From a virus, in IMG/VR virus record IMGVR_UViG_3300022391_000001, positions 32,001 through 96,000 of that record: a stretch of DNA of 64,000 bases. One strand, written 5' to 3'. Shown here in pieces: positions 56,454 to 64,000 of the stretch (position 1 is the stretch's first letter; each line of letters opens with the position of its first letter). Both the position numbers and the translations under genes were made by a program. Under the pieces are notes generated by a model, which saw only the letters and a program-made list of their open reading frames with translations, did no database searches and was not told the DNA's origin.

Positions 56454-56993
56454 CTATCCGAGCCGTTTTTCAGCCTTCCACTTGTTCAACAGCTCATTCC
56501 ACCCGACAGCGCCCATTCCAGCCAACGCTCCGGCGACCAATGAATTGAGCAGGTGGCCGCTGGTCTGGTAGCTGACTGCTACCATCGCCGCCGCTCCGAG
56601 CCCGGCGGCGATGTAAGGCTTGATCCACTTCCGTCGCTTGTTCTGAAACCAATTGTTGATGGGACCAAATTTCAGAAGCTTCATCAGGAGCTGAAGCAAC
56701 GCGATCAATCCGGCGAGATAGCCCAGCTTGCTCCAGTCGTTGATCACCCGGCCGATGTCATTGATCAACTCCTTGGGCGTGGGCTCCGCTTCGGCGCCCT
56801 CCGCTGGCGCCAGATGTGTCGCTCCGGAGCCCTCCGTGTCGTTTCCTGCTGTCGCCGACGGTGACGTGGGCATAGGGCTGGGCGCCGGAGTGCGGATGCT
56901 CTCTGCTGTGCCTAGCGGCGTCGTCTGAGCGGCGACCGTCGGCGACGCTAAGCACAACGCCGCTCCGAGTGCGAGTGCCAAAGGGAATCTCAT
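56454..56993 (-). CDS. multi-TM membrane protein (holin-like) with signal peptide
   Basis: AGGAGG RBS; signal peptide, Pro/Thr linker and three hydrophobic segments; directly after the endolysin. Confidence 0.6.
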   Translation of the reverse strand: MRFPLALALGAALCLASPTVAAQTTPLGTAESIRTPAPSPMPTSPSATAGNDTEGSGATHLAPAEGAEAEPTPKELINDIGRVINDWSKLGYLAGLIALLQLLMKLLKFGPINNWFQNKRRKWIKPYIAAGLGAAAMVAVSYQTSGHLLNSLVAGALAGMGAVGWNELLNKWKAEKRLG

Positions 56994-57006
56994 CGATCAC
57001 CTCCTG

Positions 57007-57768
57007 TCAGTAGGACAACGCAAGCTGAAAATGCATGTCATCCCGATTGCGCCACCGTCCTCCCCACGAGAAACCATGTTCTTCAAACACAGCCACGAAA
57101 GCAGGGTCCATCGTCCCCACCTCGCCCACCGGATTGTCAGCCCAGTTGATGTCGCAGGCGATGGCCCAGCTGTGAGTTGACAGCCCTCGCTTCGGGTCGT
57201 GCATCTTGTGTCGAGGGCACCACAGGCTGAATTGCCGGATGAGTTCAGCCAAGCCTTCATCCAGGAGTTTGTGGAGCACCGATTTGAAGATCGGTTCCAC
57301 CTTCTTGTGTACAAGTTGTTGACCTACCACCGGCAATTCAGCGCTTGTGATGTGCCTTTCGGCCCAATCATTGGTGATCGTGATGTAGCCCCCTTGTGCC
57401 TCCTTGTACTCGATGGCGCCATACAGAGCTTCGATTTGGTCCAATCCCCTGGGCACCGGAAATGGCGGAAGTGTCTCGATGCTTCGGGATGCAACGGCGA
57501 TCATCACGCGATCGATTGCCTCCTGCGTGGCATCGTCTACAACTCCGGTGACCATGTAGGCTGATTGAAATTTGGCCACAGCCGCTTGTGTCTTTGGGCC
57601 ATAGATGCCGTCAACGACTTCCACAAGCCCGAGCGTGCGCAGAGCCTTCTGCAGCTCGATGACTGCCAGCCCTCGGGAGCCCCGGCGCAACACGTCATCC
57701 ACCGTCTCAGACAGCACCAAGCGTGGTGGCGGTTGCCTTGGGGTGAAGACTCGTTTCAGCCAGTCCAT
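57007..57768 (-). CDS. endolysin: peptidoglycan-binding domain plus M15 peptidase
   Basis: LRRGSRG.AVIELQ...DGIYGPKT..AV..FQ; LSTHSWAIACDIN...WGG.W...DDMHFQ. Confidence 0.92.
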   Translation of the reverse strand: MDWLKRVFTPRQPPPRLVLSETVDDVLRRGSRGLAVIELQKALRTLGLVEVVDGIYGPKTQAAVAKFQSAYMVTGVVDDATQEAIDRVMIAVASRSIETLPPFPVPRGLDQIEALYGAIEYKEAQGGYITITNDWAERHITSAELPVVGQQLVHKKVEPIFKSVLHKLLDEGLAELIRQFSLWCPRHKMHDPKRGLSTHSWAIACDINWADNPVGEVGTMDPAFVAVFEEHGFSWGGRWRNRDDMHFQLALSY

Positions 57769-57840
57769 GACCTTGACTCATAGCCGGTGTTCACGGCTGA
57801 GTCTATTGTAGCCTGGCTTGTGGCGGAGCCCGAGTCTGAT

Positions 57841-58281
57841 TTAGGATTTGTTGGGCTTGCTGGGGATAGGTGTTGGTGATGGTGGTTTGGCGCCAGGTGC
57901 TTCAGGTGCCTTTTCGCCCTCCGGCGGAGCTTCTTTTTCAGCGGCGGCTGCTGCTTCCGCTTTCTCGGCGGCTTTGGTGGCTTTGCGCCGAGACCACTCC
58001 GCTGAAACCAGCATCCGAGCATAACCGCCCATCTCGCCTGACACCTCTGCGATGGCCGTCCCGAGCCCGGTGACTTGTTGGTTTAGCGCTTCCACCTGTT
58101 TCTCAACATCCGACTTCCGGGTGTTCAGCTCTCTGACTCGCCGCGAAGTCTCGGTGAGCGTTCTCAGCATTTCCTGCTCCAGCGGCGACGCTTCGGCCGG
58201 AAGCTCCGAGCGTCCTGCTTGGAGCTTGCCGATGTATTCTTGTGCCTCTTCAGGCGGCATCTGGTCTTGTTGCTGTTGCAT
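57841..58281 (-). CDS. coiled-coil hypothetical protein
   Basis: 146 aa; GGGGAG RBS. Confidence 0.6.
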   Translation of the reverse strand: MQQQQDQMPPEEAQEYIGKLQAGRSELPAEASPLEQEMLRTLTETSRRVRELNTRKSDVEKQVEALNQQVTGLGTAIAEVSGEMGGYARMLVSAEWSRRKATKAAEKAEAAAAAEKEAPPEGEKAPEAPGAKPPSPTPIPSKPNKS

Positions 58282-58320
58282 GTTCTCCCCTTTGAGCCCT
58301 CGGAGGGCCAATCAAGGCAA

Positions 58321-61300
58321 TCAAGTTTGTAGGGTGTTAGGGCGCCCCACGACTGTAAAACGAATGTGGTCAACATCCTCAGCATTGCGCCTAATGAATG
58401 CATCTTGAAAAGATGTTGATATGGTGGTGCCTCCACTTACGCTGCACCGGATTTGGTGGATGATGAGTCCGATTGCTGTGGTGCTAATCCAATAAGTGTG
58501 ACAAATGCTCATGGAACTTTGGATCCCACTCAAATCCAATGTAACATGTATTTCACTATCAGGATCCACTGCTTGATCCAAGTTGATTTGATAGGTCCCT
58601 GTCCCCAAATTGGAAACAGAAGCGACATTCCAATGGTTGCCAGAAATAGTGGGGGAAGCTGGTGTCGTGATGTCTATCGTTCCGCGCGCAACGATCAGGT
58701 TCTGCTGATTCCTGATCAGCAAGTCCCCCTGGCTGGTCGGAGCTTGTGTGCTGTTGTATGTTCTCGTTTGTTCGGCGTACAGCGCATCCCATCGGTTTGC
58801 TGTTGCGGTCGCTCCGAGGTCCTGGCTAGCGGCGCCCGGCAACAAGTCGCCTGTGTCCAACAAACTGAGCTTGGTGCTGCTGCCAATGACGAAACGCAAA
58901 TCATCGCCGGAGCGATCATAATCCAGGTAATCATTGTCATCAAATTGCACATAGCTGTTTGCAGTCACAGCATAGAGCTTCGGCCCGGCGTCGTTGGTGT
59001 TCTGGCTGTAATAGATGTTTCGGGCGTACACGGATGCCCACCGCAGCACGGTGGTGCCTAGGTAATTCCACCCGTGCGATCCTGGGCTGAAGGACATGTT
59101 GGCTGCATCTTCTTGTCTGAAGACGCAATATCTCGTTGCGTCGCCGATGTACACCAGAGCGGTTGCCGGCGATGAGTTGCAGTCATAGACGATGGAGAAC
59201 TGCTCGGTGCTCAAAGCGGCGGAGTCGGCTAGCTTGAGCACCGCATCGACAGTCTCGGAGCTGCTGGCGATCAGGAGCTTCGCCCCGGCGCCATAGACCA
59301 TGGCATCGGCACTGTCCAGCGGGGCGTCTTGGCCCGTCCCCATGACAGTGCCGTCGGTGCTGACTCGGAACATTTGCGTGCCAGTTGTCGGGCCGGTGGT
59401 GGCGCCTGCATGGATTTGAAATCCAGTATAAGCACTCAAACGAGCATCGCTGGATTCCCGTGTGATGGAAAAGATGTGGGTTGTGCTAGCATAGCCCAAC
59501 AGCCCATCGTCAGCGCTTGTGGCGTCAAACCGGATGTTGCCGGAAACATCGAGTTTGGTTGTAGGCTGGACACCGATGCCGACGTTACCGCCGAAGTAGG
59601 TCTCTCCCGCGTTGACATAGATAGCGTAGCCTGGCGTTGCCCCTTGGATGTAGATACCGTAGTTGGTAGCTGCGCTCGTTAGCGACAGCACGTAGAGCCC
59701 GACCTGTTGAGTTATTGTGCCTCCGACTACATTGTTAGCTTGAAAATGCCTGAAGTTAGTTACAGTAGTAGAAGTCCCAAGACCCCCAAGTGAAACGAAG
59801 CCGTAGTAATTGCCTATTGAGCCAGCATTGTTTGAGATATTTAGCAAGGATCGAACGGCCGAGCATTCAGTAATTGTGCCCGTACCGCTCGGCTTGTTGA
59901 CATTGCTATACACCCCACGAAGGTCGTCGATTACTTTGCCACTCGCAGCAGTCGATTCAGTAAGAACATACGCACCCCCGACGATACCGCTGCTAGTACC
60001 TTGGATCTGATTCTTTGTCAGAGAACCCCAGCCATCAGTATCGCCGTCAGAGGTGATGCCAAGTACGTTGAACTGGTAGTCTGCATTTGGAGCGACACCG
60101 ATGCCGACCTGGCCTGTGTTGCTGATAAAAACTCGGTCACCAGCGGAGGTGCGGAAGATCATATTGTCGGTGTTGTTGTCGTATTTGACACCACCAACGT
60201 CCCGGTCATCCACATCGCCAAAAAGGATGCCTGTTTGACCTGTCGTGCCCGCAACGATGACGACATAGGCGTTGTCGCCAGCCGCTCCATTGTTGCGAAA
60301 GCAGGCGACGTCATTGGAATCCCAGCTAGGGGTCCCTTCGGCGACACCGTCTGGACCGACCACGTCGAATTTGCGCACGGCGTCGGCGGAAGTGCCTATT
60401 GCCAACGTGCCGGGAAACTTGATTGCTCCATCGGCATCAAACTTGGCCACCAGGGTGTCATATGTGTTATCGGTTTGCCAATCCCCTCCGCCAGAGACGA
60501 TGGCAAATGAGTCATCCGTCCCATTCTCACGCAGCCCCATGACAAGCTGGCCGCTGCCCGTCCCTTGGATGAGGGAACCGAAAGTTGAGCCAGAGACGAT
60601 GCTTGTGATGTCCGTGTCTGCTGAGGTGTAATACGCTAACCTCAGCCCAGCGAGGTTCAGGTCCAACCCTCCGATTTGGTCCAAGACCATCTTGGGTGCG
60701 CTCTCAAGAGTCGCGTCGGTGGCGGTGCCGTCCTGTGTGAAGAATTCCAGTGCGCTGGAAGCGTTGTACAGCGTTGCTGCGCTCCATGTCGCTCCGATTG
60801 AGCGCACCCGGATTGCCGCCGCCGGGTGATACAGCGCCCCCCGGCGACCTTCCCACTTGATGCCGCCGAGATACATTCCAGAGGTGACGATGTCCTCGGT
60901 GGAGGTGAGCTTGAGATACACGTCTGCGGCGGATGAAAGGTGCAATCGCTCTGCTGGTGTCGTTATCCCTATGCCGACCTTCCCGTTGCTGTCAATTTTG
61001 AGTCTGTTGGTTCCAGATCCGGCTATACCGGTCCATATATTGAAGGAATCATCTGTTGATTCTTTTGTGATATGAAATGACGTAGAAATATTGTCGCCCA
61101 GAATAACTGAGCAGTAATCAGAACCGTTGGTCACATGTAACGTACCGGCCGGTGCAGCACCGATACCTACAGCACCGTCAAATCGACAAATGCCCGAGTC
61201 CACCCAGATGGAGTAGTTGTTGCCGCTTCCGCCCGAAGCTCCGCCGATGTACAAGCCATAGTTGTCGACCGATGCGGCATTTTGCGTGGCGATACGGACA

Positions 61301-63567
61301 CCCCAAGCACTGGTGATGGTTCCAGAGCCGGTTGGAGTTGCCACATTCAGACCATACAACCCGCCAATCGTCCCCGTATGGTTGTAAACTCCATCGGCAT
61401 AATAGTGGAAATGATTGGTGATATCGCCAGCATCTGCCGTGGTTGTGTATGACCTGAAAGCATAATAGCTTGTGATGTCGCCAGCTTCAGTCTTTTCCAG
61501 ACGGCTAAACACCCCGCGCAAATCAACTATGTCTCCAGTCGTGTGTGCGGTCTTGTGGTAGAAGCTGCCCGTTGTTAGCGCTCCGGCGCTTGCCCCGGTG
61601 ATGTTGTGATATAATTCAGATACAGTTTGCGTCAAAGATGTGGAGCTGTCCCTCCACACTCGCAACTGTTGTGCCGTCGCTGGTGTTGTCCCTATGGCAA
61701 CGTTGTCGTCAATGCGTACGGTCCCGCTGTCTACCCAAAGAGCGTATCCTGGACTGGCGCCCGCGATGTACACGCCATAGTTGTTGGTGCCACGTGTCAG
61801 GTTTTCAACGTGGAGCCCGTACTGAGCGTTGATCGTCCCGGCGCCCGCCGGATTGTCTGCTCGAAAGTGCGTTAGGTCCGTCACCGTGCCGGCGGTGGTG
61901 TTGCCGGCGGAGTGGAAGCCCTTGACGCTGGTGACGGTGCTCGTTTGCGACTTGTCAAAATAGTGCTTGTAACCAACCACTTCTGCCGAGGTCCCGGTGC
62001 CGGTCAGAGCGAGATCACTCACATAGGCATCGTACACGCCCTTGGTGTTGGCGGATGCGTCGTTGATGTACGCTCGGGCGTGGACGCAATATTCATCCAG
62101 AGACTGGTGATCGAGGTCCGCCACCGACTGCAAGTAATGTTGGAGGTTGACAGATGTGTGGTCCCCGAAGTAGCCCTTGACCGAGTGCGTCTCAGCCCAG
62201 CGGATGGCAGGCGTCCCGAGGTCCTGCGAATTGTCCAGTGCCGGGATGAAGTCCCCGCTGAAGGACAAGTTGGCCGTATAGATATTGGCCCAACGTTCCG
62301 TCGGCGACCCCAGGTTGTATGTGTCCGGCGAAGCGGGCAGGATGGTCTGTGTGTTGAGCAGCCCTCCGATAGCCAGCTTTGCTGTTGTGTCCGGAGTCCG
62401 AGCGATGCCGATGCGCCCCGTGGGCCCATCGACGATGAAGTGGTTGGCGGTCCCGGCGGTGTCGGTGTGCTTCCACTCGCCTTTGATCAGGTGGGTGTCC
62501 ACCGCCGCGTCGTCACCGGCGGTCAGGTTGTCCGTGATCGTCTGTGACGCGTTGACCTGGACAAAGTCCTGTTGCGTCGTGGTGCCTTCAACCGTGAGGT
62601 CGCCCTCGATGACCACATTGCCCGCCTCATCGACGGAGAACATGGTGGAGCCTGTGTAGTCCTTGACTGTGATCTGCGGCTCCGCCGATTCCCCGGCGAT
62701 TGACTTCACCTCGATCTTCAGCCGGTCGTTGCTGGCCACTCGGGTGATATGGCTGAGGGTGGACAACGAAGCTGGAATCAGCTCCTGCTCGTCCGTGTCA
62801 AATACGCTGGGTGTGAATCCCGCTCCGACGCCAGTGACAGTGCCCAGGAAGCAGCTCAACCCCGCCACGCGGGGGTCTGTGTATCGTTGGACAACGGGTC
62901 CTAGCAGGATGACCGTGTAGTCAGCCGGAGTCGTGGACACGTCACCAACGTCTTGGCCCAAGAGCCCGGTGGTGGTGATCACATTCTGGCCGCCCGACCA
63001 CGCCACTGTCGCCGTCTCGATGGCCACCGCTGCCGTCGTTGCTCCAACAGGCAGATCATTCTTGTACACCAACACCTGGCGTCCTGCGTTGGATGCGCCG
63101 GATTCTGTGATGGTGTTCACCCGGAAAGTGAGGGTGGCCCCGTTGTTGGTGACCAGGTCAGGGGTCCCGGCTCTGCCCAGGATCTCCCTGTATGTGCTGT
63201 ACTCGGGATAACCGCTCCGAGGGTTGATCTGAACATCGGCTGGACGCAGAGCCCGTTGGAGCGCCACATAGTAGTCCACACCAACCGCGTTCTCAAAGTA
63301 GATGCCGGACTTGACCGCTGAGGCGTCGGAGATGTCGATGAGGTTGCCGATGCCGTCGGACACCAGGTCTGTGCCCGCGATTTGGATCCTGTCAGCCCCG
63401 TCGGCGGCGATGGTCAACCCGTTCCCGTGGACCGCTCCGGAGCTGAAGACACGCTCCGCGTGCTCACGCAACCCTTCGCGCAGATAGTCCAGAAATTTGT
63501 CGCCAAAGTCCTGATACCCAAGCAGCTTCTTGGCGGTGATGCTTGTAAATTCAGCGCCTGTTGACAT
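58321..63567 (-). CDS. long tail fibre protein
   Basis: 1748 aa, Gly/Thr/Ser-rich; repeated GNVGIG..P...L.V and YNLGS...RW..IY motifs; C-terminal NVASVSNLGTGTYQI. Confidence 0.88.
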   Translation of the reverse strand: MSTGAEFTSITAKKLLGYQDFGDKFLDYLREGLREHAERVFSSGAVHGNGLTIAADGADRIQIAGTDLVSDGIGNLIDISDASAVKSGIYFENAVGVDYYVALQRALRPADVQINPRSGYPEYSTYREILGRAGTPDLVTNNGATLTFRVNTITESGASNAGRQVLVYKNDLPVGATTAAVAIETATVAWSGGQNVITTTGLLGQDVGDVSTTPADYTVILLGPVVQRYTDPRVAGLSCFLGTVTGVGAGFTPSVFDTDEQELIPASLSTLSHITRVASNDRLKIEVKSIAGESAEPQITVKDYTGSTMFSVDEAGNVVIEGDLTVEGTTTQQDFVQVNASQTITDNLTAGDDAAVDTHLIKGEWKHTDTAGTANHFIVDGPTGRIGIARTPDTTAKLAIGGLLNTQTILPASPDTYNLGSPTERWANIYTANLSFSGDFIPALDNSQDLGTPAIRWAETHSVKGYFGDHTSVNLQHYLQSVADLDHQSLDEYCVHARAYINDASANTKGVYDAYVSDLALTGTGTSAEVVGYKHYFDKSQTSTVTSVKGFHSAGNTTAGTVTDLTHFRADNPAGAGTINAQYGLHVENLTRGTNNYGVYIAGASPGYALWVDSGTVRIDDNVAIGTTPATAQQLRVWRDSSTSLTQTVSELYHNITGASAGALTTGSFYHKTAHTTGDIVDLRGVFSRLEKTEAGDITSYYAFRSYTTTADAGDITNHFHYYADGVYNHTGTIGGLYGLNVATPTGSGTITSAWGVRIATQNAASVDNYGLYIGGASGGSGNNYSIWVDSGICRFDGAVGIGAAPAGTLHVTNGSDYCSVILGDNISTSFHITKESTDDSFNIWTGIAGSGTNRLKIDSNGKVGIGITTPAERLHLSSAADVYLKLTSTEDIVTSGMYLGGIKWEGRRGALYHPAAAIRVRSIGATWSAATLYNASSALEFFTQDGTATDATLESAPKMVLDQIGGLDLNLAGLRLAYYTSADTDITSIVSGSTFGSLIQGTGSGQLVMGLRENGTDDSFAIVSGGGDWQTDNTYDTLVAKFDADGAIKFPGTLAIGTSADAVRKFDVVGPDGVAEGTPSWDSNDVACFRNNGAAGDNAYVVIVAGTTGQTGILFGDVDDRDVGGVKYDNNTDNMIFRTSAGDRVFISNTGQVGIGVAPNADYQFNVLGITSDGDTDGWGSLTKNQIQGTSSGIVGGAYVLTESTAASGKVIDDLRGVYSNVNKPSGTGTITECSAVRSLLNISNNAGSIGNYYGFVSLGGLGTSTTVTNFRHFQANNVVGGTITQQVGLYVLSLTSAATNYGIYIQGATPGYAIYVNAGETYFGGNVGIGVQPTTKLDVSGNIRFDATSADDGLLGYASTTHIFSITRESSDARLSAYTGFQIHAGATTGPTTGTQMFRVSTDGTVMGTGQDAPLDSADAMVYGAGAKLLIASSSETVDAVLKLADSAALSTEQFSIVYDCNSSPATALVYIGDATRYCVFRQEDAANMSFSPGSHGWNYLGTTVLRWASVYARNIYYSQNTNDAGPKLYAVTANSYVQFDDNDYLDYDRSGDDLRFVIGSSTKLSLLDTGDLLPGAASQDLGATATANRWDALYAEQTRTYNSTQAPTSQGDLLIRNQQNLIVARGTIDITTPASPTISGNHWNVASVSNLGTGTYQINLDQAVDPDSEIHVTLDLSGIQSSMSICHTYWISTTAIGLIIHQIRCSVSGGTTISTSFQDAFIRRNAEDVDHIRFTVVGRPNTLQT

Positions 63568-63582
63568 GACTTCGCCTCACGG

Positions 63583-64000
63583 TCACGGGTTGATGTCCAC
63601 CGTTGTTGTTTCTAAGGGCAGCTGGAACATTTCCACTTCGTCCACTTCGGCTTGGCCATCGGCGATGTAGGCTGCCAGCTTGCCAGAGGTGTAGTCCCCG
63701 TTGAGGGTGTTGATCACCTCTTCAGAGTCCAGATACACCTTGATCCTGTTGGAGCCGCCCTCGGGCTGCACTTCCACGCGCAAGCCATAGTAGGTGTTGG
63801 GCAACAGCGGCTCTGCCAATACTACTGGAAGATATGTGGTGATTGCTCCGCCTACAAGGCTAACAAAGACCACGCTGTTGGCGGCGTGATCAAGCGCTGC
63901 GGCATAATAGTTGTCATCATCCTGGTAATAGAAGCACAGCGCGAAGCCATCGGTGCTCTTTGCCCGCATGAATGCCACTTGCGCTTCCCAATCGGAGTCC
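63583..64000 (-). CDS. 3' end of a virion structural protein (lectin/LamG-like beta domain), partial
   Basis: open frame running off the window edge; FYYQDDDNYY...LRVEV...IKVYLD...SGKLA. Confidence 0.65.
   Translation of the reverse strand, partial: DSDWEAQVAFMRAKSTDGFALCFYYQDDDNYYAAALDHAANSVVFVSLVGGAITTYLPVVLAEPLLPNTYYGLRVEVQPEGGSNRIKVYLDSEEVINTLNGDYTSGKLAAYIADGQAEVDEVEMFQLPLETTTVDINP

Noticed and set aside
58321-63567. Diversity-generating retroelement or invertible tail-fibre cassette
   Set aside because: No reverse transcriptase, invertase or near-identical TR/VR repeat pair was seen in the window.
1-64000. Stop-codon reassignment
   Set aside because: Conserved genes are full length under the standard code, and TGA, TAA and TAG all terminate genes.
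1-64000. Prophage boundary, integrase, tRNA or rRNA genes
   Set aside because: None was recognised by eye. A tRNAscan/Infernal run would be needed to exclude small RNAs.

Overview
This is a GC-rich segment of a large dsDNA bacteriophage genome, with nearly all genes on the minus strand. In transcription order (right to left) it carries: (1) the end of a structural module, including a 1748-aa tail fibre; (2) a lysis cassette with a PGBD-M15 endolysin and membrane proteins; (3) a replication module with an SF2 helicase, an initiator containing internal iteron-like repeats, a DnaC-like loader, DnaB, a DNA MTase, Tmk and primase; (4) a CobS/CobT-like AAA-VWA pair and a sigma factor; (5) a six-gene nucleotide-metabolism operon that looks like an uncharacterised DNA base-modification pathway (FAD oxidoreductase, dUTPase/MazG-HAD fusion, SAM methyltransferase, divergent ThyX, class-III PLP aminotransferase, second dNMP kinase); (6) a DnaE polymerase whose intein carries a double-HNH endonuclease gene overprinted in a different reading frame; (7) recombination and repair genes (HU, UvsY-like, SSB, RecA, SbcD, SbcC, RuvC, 5'-3' exonuclease, UDG, ATP ligase); and (8) about 19 kb of small accessory genes with anti-defence candidates (Tad2/DUF2829, Acb2/Tad1-like, ART-fold) and two repeat-rich non-coding tracts. 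A conserved TCGACT-N17-TATG(A/C)T promoter with companion motifs recurs six times. No integrase, tRNA, rRNA or CRISPR array was recognised. All family calls come from motif recognition by eye, not database searches.
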